From Monocercomonoides exilis PA203 (taxonomy: Eukaryota; Protista; Preaxostyla), in assembly GCA_001643675.2 (NCBI GenBank), contig LSRY02000012.1, positions 1,674,001 through 1,738,000 of the forward strand: 64,000 bases of DNA, given 5' to 3'. The translations under genes were made by a program, and so were the position numbers. Shown here in pieces: positions 47,069-58,325 of this stretch; the first letter of the stretch is position 1, and each line of letters begins with the position of its first letter. Below the pieces are notes generated by a model. It did not search any database. It was not told where the DNA came from and saw only the letters and a list, made by a program, of their open reading frames with translations.

Positions 47069-49240
47069 TGGCTGATTGATCTTCCTGATCCGAATGTGGA
47101 TGTTGTGTTTGTGTCTCCGGTTGAGCTGCCGGGAGACGTGGTGGGGTATCTGAAAAAGTATCTTGTGGCCTGGGTAGTACAGCAGTCGTCTCTTCGCTAA
47201 GCGCCTTCGTCTTCTTCGTCTTCTTCGTCTTCTTCAACAGGAGCAGCACGCCGATCAACTTCGCCATTCAGGAGGCGGAGAAGCGAAGAGAAGAAGGCAG
47301 CAGGAGATGATCAGCCATCATTATCGAAGCTTGTAATTTACCCTTCGGATGCGTCGGCGGCGTCATACACGTAGGCAGGAGTGATGGATGATATTGAGAG
47401 GTGGCTTAAGTGTATGAAAATCACAATAGTCGTTACTGAGGGAGCAACAGACGCTTCGAATGATTTGTTGTGGCTCGGCGGGCGGTACTGCATGGGGGTG
47501 TTGTGTGTGCATACGATGTGGAGCTTTCAGCGATGCTTTCGGTTCCGCTGGTCGCCCCGCTTCCGTCGCTTGCAGCGTCGGTGGGAACGAAGCCAGAGGG
47601 AAAGCAGAATTTTGTGTCGGTTGTATGAATACGTTCATGTCGATCTGCGATCTGTTTGACCCTTCGCTGTAAATATGGCGATCGCAACAGTCGAGGTGTG
47701 ATGTGGTGAAGTTGGATGAGAAAGTGACGGTGTGAGGGGCTGCAGTGTGTGAAGTCGAGGAGATTATGGAGAAGGCGCTGGAAGAATCAGAAATGATGAT
47801 GAAGGATGAGGTAATGTCGCCAGCAGCGATTGCGCTGGCGGTGCTGGAGGAGCGAGAAGAGGCAGATGAATGTGAAGGGAATGAGGAGAAAGGCGGATAT
47901 CCGATATTTCAAATAGAGTTTGTGGAAAGAATCAAAGAGAAACAGAGGAAGCAGTAAGAAGCGATGGCGCTGCTGGTTGTAAAGGCGCTTGGGCTGAGTC
48001 GGCTGAGGTTTGTGAAGGAGGAGACCAAAGCAGAGGTTGACAAGCAGCAATTAGTGAAATCTTAAGTATGCAGTATTTCGTCAGCCGATGGCATCCAACA
48101 GGAGATATTAAGAGCAGAAGAAGAAGCAGCAGATGGGTCTTTGGGAATAATTTCAGATGGAAGTGAATGAAGTGTGAGGAGCAGATGGAAATATCAGTTG
48201 ATCATTTGATAATAATTTAGGAAAAAGATAAATCCCATGAAGTTAGTGGGGGAAAGCCGTTTGATTTGTGAGGAGTGATAAGAAGAAGAAGAGGAAGAAG
48301 AGGAAAATGGAGGAAAATTTGAGCGAAGACAGAAGAGCGGAGTTCCGTGGTTGTTCTATTTGGTTGAGGGATTACGAGAAGTGCCTTGATACAAAAAGGC
48401 AATCAGTAAATGATGCGTGTGTGCATTGCAGACGGGCAGACTCTGGATGTGCTGGGAGAGCTGTACATGCCACTGACCATAAGCTGTTAGAAGATATCAA
48501 TGAAATGGCGAAGATACAGCTGAGGAACAAAGCCAAAGAGGAATCTGACTTTGGAGCCGTGCGAGATTTTCATGCAGCATGGGACAGAGAGAGAAGCAGT
48601 GGTGAAGCAGGCGATTGTGGAAGATTTGGCGGTTATTTTTTTCGAACTTGTTGAATAGTTCGAGCACAAAGCAGAGGAGAAAGAGTTTGTGTGTGGTATC
48701 TTTATCAGCCAGGATGAGCTGATCCGCCTTGCGAATGAGCACGCTTTTATGAAGCAACGGCTTCTGTGCTGTAGAGTGACAACGACTGTTGTGATGGAGA
48801 TCAGATGATTCAGCGAAGGTGAAGTTCACAACGGAGAAAAGAATTGAAGCTTCACGGCAGAGCAGAGAAGGAGAAGAAGCAGGTAATGTGAAGGAGATTT
48901 TGAGCAATTGTTCAGCGATGCAATCAGTGCATGCGTTTGAGGATGTGTCTGATGGGGCGTCTCATGCGGATACGCAGCTGATATGGCTAGGTGAGTGAAT
49001 TGAGGCGGAGGTGCAGAAGGCGGGGAAGCTTATTCATTCAACATATCAGACAAGAGGCTCGGTACAGAAGAGGTGTTTATTTGAGAAGACATTCAAATGC
49101 TGTACAGACGATGGGTTAACGCGGCTGCAATGCTTCGAACACCATTTCTAACCGACCACGCTTTCTCAGCGGTTGTTCCTATGGATGCTCCCATGGCATT
49201 GAAGATGGCAGCAGAGAATCTTCATTACAATTTTGTTTCT
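47069..49240 (+). pseudogene. IQCH: IQCH-like gene relic (5'-truncated, stops and frameshifts)
   Basis: LIDLPDPNVDVVFVSPVELPGDVVGYLKKYL and GVVCAYDVELSAMLSVPLVAPLPSLAASVGTKPEGKQNF resemble the IQCH segments LCDILDANVNVIYI...YYKKIL and [34 protein letters not shown] (recalled, not searched). Numerous in-frame stops; the 3' extent is uncertain. Confidence 0.6.
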
Positions 49241-49415
49241 TCTTCTTCTTTTTCCTCTTCTTCCTCTTCTTCCTCTTCTTCTTATTCTTCTTCCTCAACT
49301 TCTCCTTCCCCTTCTTTATCATCCCCATCTTCTCCATTGATTACTACACTATCACCATCTCCTTCATAACCTTCTTCCTCTTCCTCCTCCTCTTCTTCTT
49401 CGTCGTCGTCAATTT

Positions 49416-50900
49416 CTATTTCTTTGAGTGTCTGTTCCTTCTTCTCATTCTTCTTTTCCTCTCAAATATCTCATCTGTCACATTCCTCGTCTTCTCTCTT
49501 TTCATCAGCCTCAGCGCATGCATCTCTGGAAGCACTTGCTTTGAACAGTATGTCAAATGCGTGTATTCTGACGAGTTGCCCGTCGATGTGCTTGTTTCAT
49601 TGGCTTTTCGGTATTTGCGTAGCTCCATCGACCTCCTCATCTCCTGATGCGACGAATGGGAAGAGTGTGACGAAGGCATTGGTGGATGTGCATCTTCAAG
49701 AAAAGTGGCGGATTTGAACTGACGAGGAGGCGAATGGAAGAAGCGCTTCTGCGGCGAGGTGTGTGAAGATGGAGAGTATGTGCCGAGGAGAAGCGGCGGC
49801 GCATCAGTTGCGGAAGAATAAAGAGACGCAATAAGAGCAGATGAAAGAGATGAGGAGGAAGTGGTGGAGATGATTACAGACGAAGTGACTGCAGCTGGCA
49901 AGTTTGATGAGGTAGTTGGGGCCGCAACAGCTGCAGATTGTTGGAGGCTTCCTGGATGAGCCAAATGAGAAGGGTGCGAGGGAGAGCTTGCCTGTGTGAG
50001 TGACTGCTGCGATGTGGCTGAGGATATACGGGTGTGGAGAGAGTTCGTGTTTAAAGAGGAAGACAATGATTGAGATTGAGATCGAGACCGAGACTGAGAT
50101 GAAGGCTGAGGTTGTCGGGTGAGTACAGGGCCAGGCGAGGTGGATGCAGACATCTGCTGGATGGGCTGAGAGAAGGAAAGAAGAGCAGAGAAAGAGGAGG
50201 AAGCGAGAGATGTTGGAGAAGTTAGAGATGACAAGGAAGAAGAAGTGGAGGAAGACAAAGGTGGAAGTGAAGAAGACTAAGACGATGAAGAAGAAGAAGA
50301 TGGAGAAGACGATAAGGAAGAAGAAGAAGAAGATGCATGAGGTGTGGATTTATGTGTGTGATGTGATGATGAGCACGACAGCTTCGCAGAGGTCGGCAGA
50401 GGTGCCGATGCAAGCTACAGGATCGAGCGCGCTGAAAAGTGGCAGCGCGAAAAGGACATAAAGCATTGCACTGGGGAATGATGGCACTCTTACGGAATTT
50501 TGTACGTTATTCTTCTTGCTGAGAAAAGTGTTTGTTCTATATCCAGTGCATTTGATGATTCGGCAGTCTAATATGTGTTGCAGCAGAGAATGAGGGCTCA
50601 TGGTGGGGTGAAAGCAGAAGGGAGGATGCTGGAGGCAGAGAGGAGAGACAGGGTACATATGTCGCAGGATGCGGAGAAAGAAGTGCTGCTTGAGTTTCTG
50701 GAGAAGAAGTATCTGCAAAAAGCAGAAGTGGATTTGTTGATGATTTTGTGGTAGTTAAAGTCGAAGAGTGTATCCGAAATTGTGGTTTCGATACTGTAGG
50801 CTGAATGTGGGACGGTGCTGTGGCGTGAATGCATGAGATAACAATGGCTTAGGAGACAAGTGTGTTGGAGTTTCGCCATCTGATCAATGTGCAATTTTTG
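49416..50900 (-). pseudogene. Broken coding-like fragment of an unidentified Ser-rich gene
   Basis: Coding-like GC content and several short minus-strand ORFs in different frames (50350-50718, 49416-50258) with no coherent start. Confidence 0.35.
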
Positions 50901-50993
50901 TGTTTGGAATAGAAGAAGAAGAGTAGTGGGATGAGGAAGAAGAAGAGATGATGATGAAGAGAGAATGAAAATGGAGCGAAGAGGAAAAGAAGA

Positions 50994-51623
50994 TTAAAGA
51001 GAGAAAATAAGTTTTGATGATTCCGTTTCAATATTTGTTGAAATGATCGCTGAATTGAATGCTAAACTTGAATCAGAGACTGTCCAACCACTTTGATCAT
51101 CATTTCCTCTGATTTCATGTTTCTGTTCATCAAATGACAATTCATTGCTCATCGAAATCATTCCATTCACAACAACTTTCTTTATTCCTATCAACCATGT
51201 GAGGGCGTGCTTCAAGGCCAAACAAGGAAATTGGACAATTCCACAATGAGAATGATTGAATGCATCAACATTGCTCACAAAGATTTCTTCTGGGGCGAGA
51301 AGGAGATAGATGCACAGAGGAATAGCGACGCTCGAATTTCCGTTGTCATATCCTCTCACCTTGTCAAAAGAATCCAAAGAGGTTATCACACATGTGATAT
51401 TTTGTGAGTTTGCAGTTTCTTCCAAATTCGGAGAAATAACAAAGATCTCTCTTCCCCACTTGGATGTGTTTGCTCCGAATGAAGATGATATCAGGAAATC
51501 TGGGTTTTCAGTCAATAATCGATGAAGAATTCCTCCCCACAGGTCATCTATTGCTGAACAAAAGCAGCCATAAAAATTTCCATCTTTCACATTCACTTCA
51601 TTTCCTTTTCCTGCGTATAACAT
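50994..51623 (-). pseudogene. Fragment of the CG....PC / beta-helix surface-protein family
   Basis: WGGIL...ANTSKWGREIFVISPNL...IPLCIYL...IFVS...HSHCGIVQFPCLALKHAL is one module of the 26.8-38 kb protein, with no signal peptide or TM. Confidence 0.7.
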
Positions 51624-52282
51624 AATAGATTTTAAGTTCTCTGAACTTGTGTTTCAATATCCTGATATTGCTCTCGATTTCAGATCTTAGTCTATTCTGC
51701 CATTGAAAAAACAAACGTTGACTGTCAACTGCGCACTTTTTTATTAAAAAAAAACATGATTGAATGATAAATTGAAAATTAAACTTATTTGTTAAAATAA
51801 AATGAAAACCACTAAATTTATCATAATTTCAGATGCATCGAATATGTGTGTTCTATCTTCGCATTTGTGTTAAGTTCAGGCTTATAATGCAAATGAAAGA
51901 TACCATTCAAATGAAATTTTGAAATAACATTGAAAATAGAGTTTTTCATATAAAGAATCGAAACACACTTTGCCCATTTCATAGCTCCACAATTTCATAA
52001 CTATTCATGCTAATAAAACCTTTTCACATTGAAATACTGAAATTTTAATTTTGATCAAAAAATATGATACACAATTTTTCAATTCGGAAAATTTCTATTC
52101 ATAAGGAGGTTTGAAATGAACTTGCTAGCATTGTTGTAAAATAATCATTTTTTCATAAGAATTATGGAAACGGAGTGTTTTTGAATTAACTTTCATGGGA
52201 CAAATTTTTGATCTGAAGCGACTTTTCAAAAATAACGACCCAAATCAAAATTTGTCCGATTATTTAAAAAAAAATTTGCCAA

Positions 52283-52410
52283 TGTGGGGGAAAATATAAA
52301 CTTTCAAGCTTTTTTTTGCACAAAGCATTAATAAATCAAACTCTCATAACTTTATTCAACTTTCTCAAATTTCAAAAAAAATTAGATCAAACAATTTGTA
52401 AACAGGAATC
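52283..52410 (+). repeat. Dispersed direct copy of the left arm of the 45.2-kb foldback
   Basis: TGGGGGAAAATATAAACTTTCAAGCTTTTTTTTGCACAAAGCATT...TGTAAACA matches 45169-45290 TGGGGGAAAATATGGACTTTCAAGCTTTTTATGCACAAAGCATT...TGTAAACA. Confidence 0.8.
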
Positions 52411-52756
52411 AAAGAAATATACTGCAAAGTGCTGTGTTTTTTCACATGAATTTCACAAATTGAACCAGTTTTATTCAAATTTTTCGATAACAAAATATCA
52501 ATTAAAAGTGTTAATTTTTCATTGAAAGAGTTGAAAGTTGCATTTCTCCCCGCCCACCCTTCACCCTTTCCCCATGTGTTCAAAAGGGAATTAAAATAAA
52601 TATGTTTCTTTGTTGTTTGGTTTGTAAAAATAAATATGGGTGATTATTTTAGAAATCATATCTTTTTTCGGGGTGTTGAATTTTGAAAGATTGTCAGTTT
52701 TTTGAAAGAAAATTTTTGTTCAAAAGAGAAAATGCATGATAATTGTTTTCAAAAAC

Positions 52757-53579
52757 AGATACACCAAAAATAATTCAAAGTCGAAAAACTTTCAATCAAA
52801 GTCGAGAAACTTTCAAACAAAGTCGAAAATTTCACAAAAAAAATAAACGTTAAATGAAAAGTGTTCCACAAAAGATGAAAATATTCTTTTGTTTTTGGAA
52901 ATATTATCAGCAATGTTTGTGTTGTTGATTTCTGCAAATTTTGAAGATTTCGAACCAAAATTAATTCAAAAATAAACTCAAAACACATCTTAGAACATTT
53001 GTTTCCTTCAATAAGAAATGAGTCGTTTGTGATGAAAAAACATTAAATAAGAGAGTCAATAATGTGTTCTTTATTCTACATTAAATAGGAAAAAAAATAA
53101 AAATTTTCTAAAGTAAAATTTCTGTGAAGAAGAGTGCTTTCAACTGAAATGAGATAAAAATATGTCAGAATTTCTCTCATAATTTTAAATTCGTAATTGG
53201 TCAAAAGAAAGCAAAGAAAAACACCTGAAAAAAGATAAAAAATCATTTTAATTACAAATGTGATTGATATTTCAACAAAAACAATGTTTTTTGACGTGTA
53301 TTTATTTTTGTCATCTTTTTGAAAATTTGAAGTTTTTCGAACCTTCGACTTTGTTTGAAAGTTTTTCGATTTCGATTGAAAGTTTTTCGATTTCGTTTGC
53401 AACTTTTTCCACTTTGAATAATAATTTTCGACTTTGAATGAAACTTTTTCGACTTCGAATGAAAACTTTCGACTTTGAATGAAAGTTTTCCAACTTTGAA
53501 TAATAATTTTCGATTTCGTTTGAAAGTTTTTCGACTTTGGTTGAAAGTTTTTCGATTTTGAATAATTTTTGGTGTATCT
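52757..53579. mobile_element. Foldback-type element whose inverted arms carry 21-bp tandem repeats (about 3 units left, about 10 right)
   Basis: Left AGATACACCAAAAATAATTCAAAGTCGAAAAACTTTC.. is the reverse complement of right ..GAAAGTTTTTCGATTTTGAATAATTTTTGGTGTATCT. Unit ~GAAAGTTTTTCGACTTTGAAT. A weaker outer match links ~52633 and ~53781. Confidence 0.8.
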
Positions 53580-54227
53580 CTTCAAAGAGGAATTATTCAT
53601 TTGACAGAAAAAAAGCATAATAATTGTTAGTTTTCTTGATATATGAGATTTTACTCATAAAAATGTCTTCTTTGAAAGGAGTTATAACTTTTCAGTGTTA
53701 ATTTATAAATACTCAAAGTTATTTCTAAAAACCGAAATTTTTGATTGAAAAAATTAGATTTAAAAAAGAATCACTCATATTGAAAGCTAGTTTTATATAA
53801 TCAAACTTATCAAGAATGAGAAATAAGTTCTGAAATATTCTTTCAACAAAACAAACAAACAAAAATATTTTTCAAACCAAGGAGATATGCATACGAATCA
53901 AAATTTGATCAAAAATGAAAAAGACTCCAAACAATTTCCAAAAGAGCAACAACAACGAACGTAATTTAAAAATAAAATTTCATGAAGAAGCATATCATTT
54001 TTATTTTTTAAAAAATCTCTAAAGTTAATGGAGGGAAAAAATGAAAAGATAATTGAAATAATAACGAAACACTCAACAGTTATCGCTAAATGGAATTTTT
54101 AAAAAAATAAAATAATTGTAATTGGGATAATTTTCTTTGCCCTCCAAAAAGTGTAAAACATTTCTAAAGAAAAAAGTTGTAATTAACCAAAATACCCGAA
54201 AATAAATTGTATTCACTGTTCTCCTCA

Positions 54228-57200
54228 TCAATTTTTCTCGTCCATAATCGATTTGTATTGTCTTCGCTTCCTGTTTCTCATCACGTAAACAACAATTACA
54301 ACAGAAGCAACCACAACTATTGAAAATACACTCACAGACACAATGATGGCCACCAATTGAGCTGTTGTCAATTTCTTCGGATCTTCTTTCTTTTGCTTGG
54401 CCAAAGAAACATAATCTGTGCTCCTTTTTTCTCCTTCTGATATGCCGCTTGGGTATCTCAGCCGGCAAACCAACGATGTGTATTCGTCGCCATCCAGCAG
54501 CGACGGAGGAATCGTCACTCTCATTTCTGTCTCGTTCACATACTCAGAAACTGGACATTCAATCCACTCCTTCGTTTTCCCCACTCTTTTCTCAGATGCT
54601 TCAACTGTTAGTCCGCATGGAAATAGATAAGACCCGTGAATAACAGCTTGTGCCCCTTCATCTGATTCGATTATTCGATCTTTTCCTTTCTCTGCTGTCT
54701 CCTTAGCCTTTTTAATCATTGTTGCATTTTTCAAAATGGGGGTGAAGAAATATGAATCCATATCTTTGATTGCACTTCCACTGGCCTCTCCTTCCACAAG
54801 CATTCCAAATGGCTTCCCATCCAATCCATCGCTTCCAGCTGTCAAGCTATTGATGAAAATGTAATAACTTTCAGACTTGTCCGGAGATCGAATATTGTTT
54901 CGCAGCGATGGAAACTTTTCCCAATTGTTGCCGATCGGGTGGTTGTTCACAAAGCTGCAGTTATTCAAGATCAGACGAGAATACGTTGAATAAATTGCAC
55001 CTTCTCCGATGTCCACAAACGAGCTGTCGTTGATTGTTATATAAAACGCTCCTTGCAAATAAATTAATCCAGAATCCCACGAGCACAATGGATTCTCCTC
55101 TTCGTTGACTTCATTCATCTGATTGTTGCTTGCAAATGGTTCCTGCAGTTTCATAAAGCTATTCTTCCTTTTTCTTTCTTTGGAATTTTTGCATTCGTTG
55201 TGTTGTTTACCGCTTGTGATGTTTCCGTTTCTCCCATGAATGACCAGTTGTGAAAATGTTTCAAATCCTTGGCTGAATACAATCAACCTGTACGGAAGAG
55301 CTTTTCCTTCTCCGCCCAGCACATTTTCTCCCTTCAATCCTGTGTACCAGGGCCTGAAGACAACATCGGTTAATTTCAAGTTGCGATTCGCATAAATCAC
55401 ATCTAATGTGTCTCCTTCAATGGCATCTGGATATTCGATGTCAATGTGTTCAAAACTTATGTAATAATTGCTCGATTCAAACACTGCAATTGATTCGCCC
55501 TCTTTCATATTCGATTCAATCCGAAGGATTCCTCGATTTTTCTTGGGGATTGAAAGCGTCTTTAAAGCTGTATCAGATTTACGCTCAGCTCTGGATGAAG
55601 ATTCAAATGCTGAAGCGATTGTAACATATTCGTTAATCAAAAATGGCTTGTCCACGACGACTCTTCCAATTATATGCATCTTCAGTGCTCCATTCTGTAT
55701 TCCATGTCCGATGGCTGTGCTGATCAGATCGCACGGTCTTTCTTTTTTCCCGCAAATTTTGTCGTTGCTAGCCTTCGCTCCTCCAACATATATGTTCTTT
55801 GAATGATACGGCAGTCTATTCGCTTCATCGCTCAGAAGATCAACAAAATTCATTTCTCCGCCTTTCCTTTCTTCTAAAAGCATCAGATTTGCACTTCCAT
55901 AAATATCTTCCATCTCAAATTCGAAAAATTCTTCTTTTATCTGCTTCCTTCCAATCGGAAACGAAAGATACGCATGCTCCCCTTTGTCAGCACAACAATC
56001 AGCAAATATCATCCCGTTCAATCTCAAATTAACTGCTTCTGTTATTTCATCTGCAGCTCGAACAAACAGTGCTCCACCTTTCGATTCTTCATTCAGCATT
56101 GAACTACATCCATGTGAAGTCATTTGAGCACTTTTGCACGAACAATTTTTGAATTCAGTATCGTAAAAACTGTAATAATTCCCATTCCCAATCTCCAAAT
56201 ACAGCACTCCTCCCAGTCTATGTTCCGTTGATATGCAATTAGAAAATTTTCCATCGAAAAAGCTTAGCTGTCTGCACTTGGTCAAAATAGTAATAATTGA
56301 CTGTGATGTGCTCGTTGTAGAGATCGTGTCCATGCTCAATCTAATCAAATCAATTTTTTCCGCAGCTTCCGCCAAGATGAGTGCAAAAGAAGATGTGAAA
56401 TGAGAGATAAAGACCTCATTCATGTATAGAGTTCCCATTTTGCATTCGATTAGCACACAGTTTAGAATCTGTTTAGAATCTGTGCACGAGATGTTCACTC
56501 GGTAGATGTCAGCATACGCCCCGTCTCCATCACACACAAACAGACTATTATCTCTCCCACTTTGTATCGTTGTGTCTATTTGCACATCTGCTCTGTACAG
56601 TCGAAGATACGCATTTTGTCGCACATTAAACAGTCCCTCCCCTGGGTGCACCTTCGCTTCGTCCAGAACTGTTGTGATGCTGATGACGTTATTTTTTCTG
56701 TTTGTGACTGAAGCAAATCTTTCTTCAATCATTATTGGCTCTGTGTCGTATTTGTTGCCGTCTTCTGTTGTATACACTGTAAATGCTCTGCCTGGCAGAC
56801 AGTTTAAGAGAGCCTGCTTCATCGTCTTGCAAGCCCTTTTCTCTCTTCTACCACATTCTCCACTGTCTTCTCCATTTATCCCATCGACATCGATATCGAC
56901 CGTGTCAAAGCGCAGCCAGTCGCCATGGAAAACTATTGTTCCATCTTTCTTTATTGCTCCAACTCGATGGTCTTTCGTCACGCTGAAGGAATCCGCATCA
57001 AAAGGCGATCGGCTCATTTCAATGTCTCCTTCACTGCACAGCGCAAGATCATTTCCGCATTGTTCTGCAGAATTATCTTCGAAGAAACAGTGTTTGAATA
57101 AAATTTCGTCGATCAGCTTTGCCTCTTCTCCCAAATGTATTGCCATTCCTCCGCCTGTCTTCGCCTTGCATTCCAGAAATGTTCCGTTTTTGCATTCAAA

Positions 57201-58325
57201 TCCTGCCATTTTTGTTAGATCACACACCAGCAGCCCTCCTCCATCAACAGCTGCCTCACAGCTGCGAAACTCGACATTTTCCAACTTCACTTTCCCTTTC
57301 ATCACACCAATCATTGCTCCTCCTCCACGAACCGCTCTTCCATAATCAAATGAAGTGTCGAGAATGTTCAGTTCACTCTCTGGGTGCATCATCTCAAAAT
57401 AAATGCAGCCGCCATTTTCTGATTTCAGAGATCGAATCGAAGATATAGAACATTCGGAAATAATTATCTTCACTTTTTTGTCTCTCCCACTTTTTGCTTC
57501 GAGCAACGCTGGTCCTGCATTTTCCCTCTCAACAGAGCTTAAGCGGCCTCCTTCCAGTGTGAACGAAGATGGAAGCTCCAGTGCACATTCTTTTTCAAGC
57601 TTTGCATTGTCCATTTGAACGTTCTTCAATTTTTGTACAGCAACATCTTCGGATATGTGCAGAATGGTCACACTAGATAGATAATAATATCTTAAATAAC
57701 CCCAAAAAAATCCATCAATTGATAATTTTCCTTCTGTTATTCTCAAGATCGAAAATGGGGCATATTCATCAATCCATTTTTGAAAATATATGTTGCAATC
57801 CATTATTGTCAAATCACATTCAAGGCCTCTAGAAAGAATAATTGCAGATGCTTCTTCTGCTCCCATGGATTCCCGTTGAGTTTTAAAGGGAATAAGATTA
57901 AATGTCAAATGTTTCAATGCCAATGTTTTCTCATTCACCATGTGGAACATTCCTTTCGCAGCAATGTCATCCAATTCAAAATTGACTGTTCTTCTCGTTC
58001 CTTGTTCCGATGCTGCTGCCATCGCAAGGCTGAAATCTTTTGAAAATTGAAAGCCGTATGGTATTTCAGCAGAGTCAACAATCTTTATGGTTTTATCTCC
58101 GGGGCCTTCTCCAAGCAGCTCAATCCCTTTCGCAATTGTTTTGCACGGATCCGCTTCACTTCCACAGTTCTGTTTCGAATCGTCTCCTTTTTCGGAAATA
58201 AAAACGGCATCAACAGCTGCCTCGGGACAGCCATCGGAAAATGCATTTGATCGATTTTTGTTATCACGTTGTGGAGCAGGACAACTGGCAAACAGACAGT
58301 TCGCGAGAATAAAAATCAAAAACAT
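54228..58325 (-). CDS. Intronless type-I membrane protein (1365 aa), same repeat family, 3 modules, short tail without kinase
   Basis: Signal MFLIFILANCLFA; modules CGSEADPC, CGRREKRAC and CGKKERPC; GGCIY/GGGA/GGAL motifs; TM LVAIIVSVSVFSIVVVASVVIVVYVM; tail RNRKRRQYKSIMDEKN. Confidence 0.9.
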   Translation of the reverse strand: MFLIFILANCLFASCPAPQRDNKNRSNAFSDGCPEAAVDAVFISEKGDDSKQNCGSEADPCKTIAKGIELLGEGPGDKTIKIVDSAEIPYGFQFSKDFSLAMAAASEQGTRRTVNFELDDIAAKGMFHMVNEKTLALKHLTFNLIPFKTQRESMGAEEASAIILSRGLECDLTIMDCNIYFQKWIDEYAPFSILRITEGKLSIDGFFWGYLRYYYLSSVTILHISEDVAVQKLKNVQMDNAKLEKECALELPSSFTLEGGRLSSVERENAGPALLEAKSGRDKKVKIIISECSISSIRSLKSENGGCIYFEMMHPESELNILDTSFDYGRAVRGGGAMIGVMKGKVKLENVEFRSCEAAVDGGGLLVCDLTKMAGFECKNGTFLECKAKTGGGMAIHLGEEAKLIDEILFKHCFFEDNSAEQCGNDLALCSEGDIEMSRSPFDADSFSVTKDHRVGAIKKDGTIVFHGDWLRFDTVDIDVDGINGEDSGECGRREKRACKTMKQALLNCLPGRAFTVYTTEDGNKYDTEPIMIEERFASVTNRKNNVISITTVLDEAKVHPGEGLFNVRQNAYLRLYRADVQIDTTIQSGRDNSLFVCDGDGAYADIYRVNISCTDSKQILNCVLIECKMGTLYMNEVFISHFTSSFALILAEAAEKIDLIRLSMDTISTTSTSQSIITILTKCRQLSFFDGKFSNCISTEHRLGGVLYLEIGNGNYYSFYDTEFKNCSCKSAQMTSHGCSSMLNEESKGGALFVRAADEITEAVNLRLNGMIFADCCADKGEHAYLSFPIGRKQIKEEFFEFEMEDIYGSANLMLLEERKGGEMNFVDLLSDEANRLPYHSKNIYVGGAKASNDKICGKKERPCDLISTAIGHGIQNGALKMHIIGRVVVDKPFLINEYVTIASAFESSSRAERKSDTALKTLSIPKKNRGILRIESNMKEGESIAVFESSNYYISFEHIDIEYPDAIEGDTLDVIYANRNLKLTDVVFRPWYTGLKGENVLGGEGKALPYRLIVFSQGFETFSQLVIHGRNGNITSGKQHNECKNSKERKRKNSFMKLQEPFASNNQMNEVNEEENPLCSWDSGLIYLQGAFYITINDSSFVDIGEGAIYSTYSRLILNNCSFVNNHPIGNNWEKFPSLRNNIRSPDKSESYYIFINSLTAGSDGLDGKPFGMLVEGEASGSAIKDMDSYFFTPILKNATMIKKAKETAEKGKDRIIESDEGAQAVIHGSYLFPCGLTVEASEKRVGKTKEWIECPVSEYVNETEMRVTIPPSLLDGDEYTSLVCRLRYPSGISEGEKRSTDYVSLAKQKKEDPKKLTTAQLVAIIVSVSVFSIVVVASVVIVVYVMRNRKRRQYKSIMDEKN

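Noticed and set aside
47069-49240. In-frame TGA codons as selenocysteine, given SepSecS nearby
   Set aside because: The relic also has TAA/TAG stops and frameshifts, and no SECIS-like element was identified.
53330-53565. CRISPR-like array or coding ORF 53076-53618
   Set aside because: Units are contiguous degenerate 21-mers with no unique spacers, there are no cas genes, and the context is eukaryotic; the ORF is an artefact of a repeat length divisible by 3.
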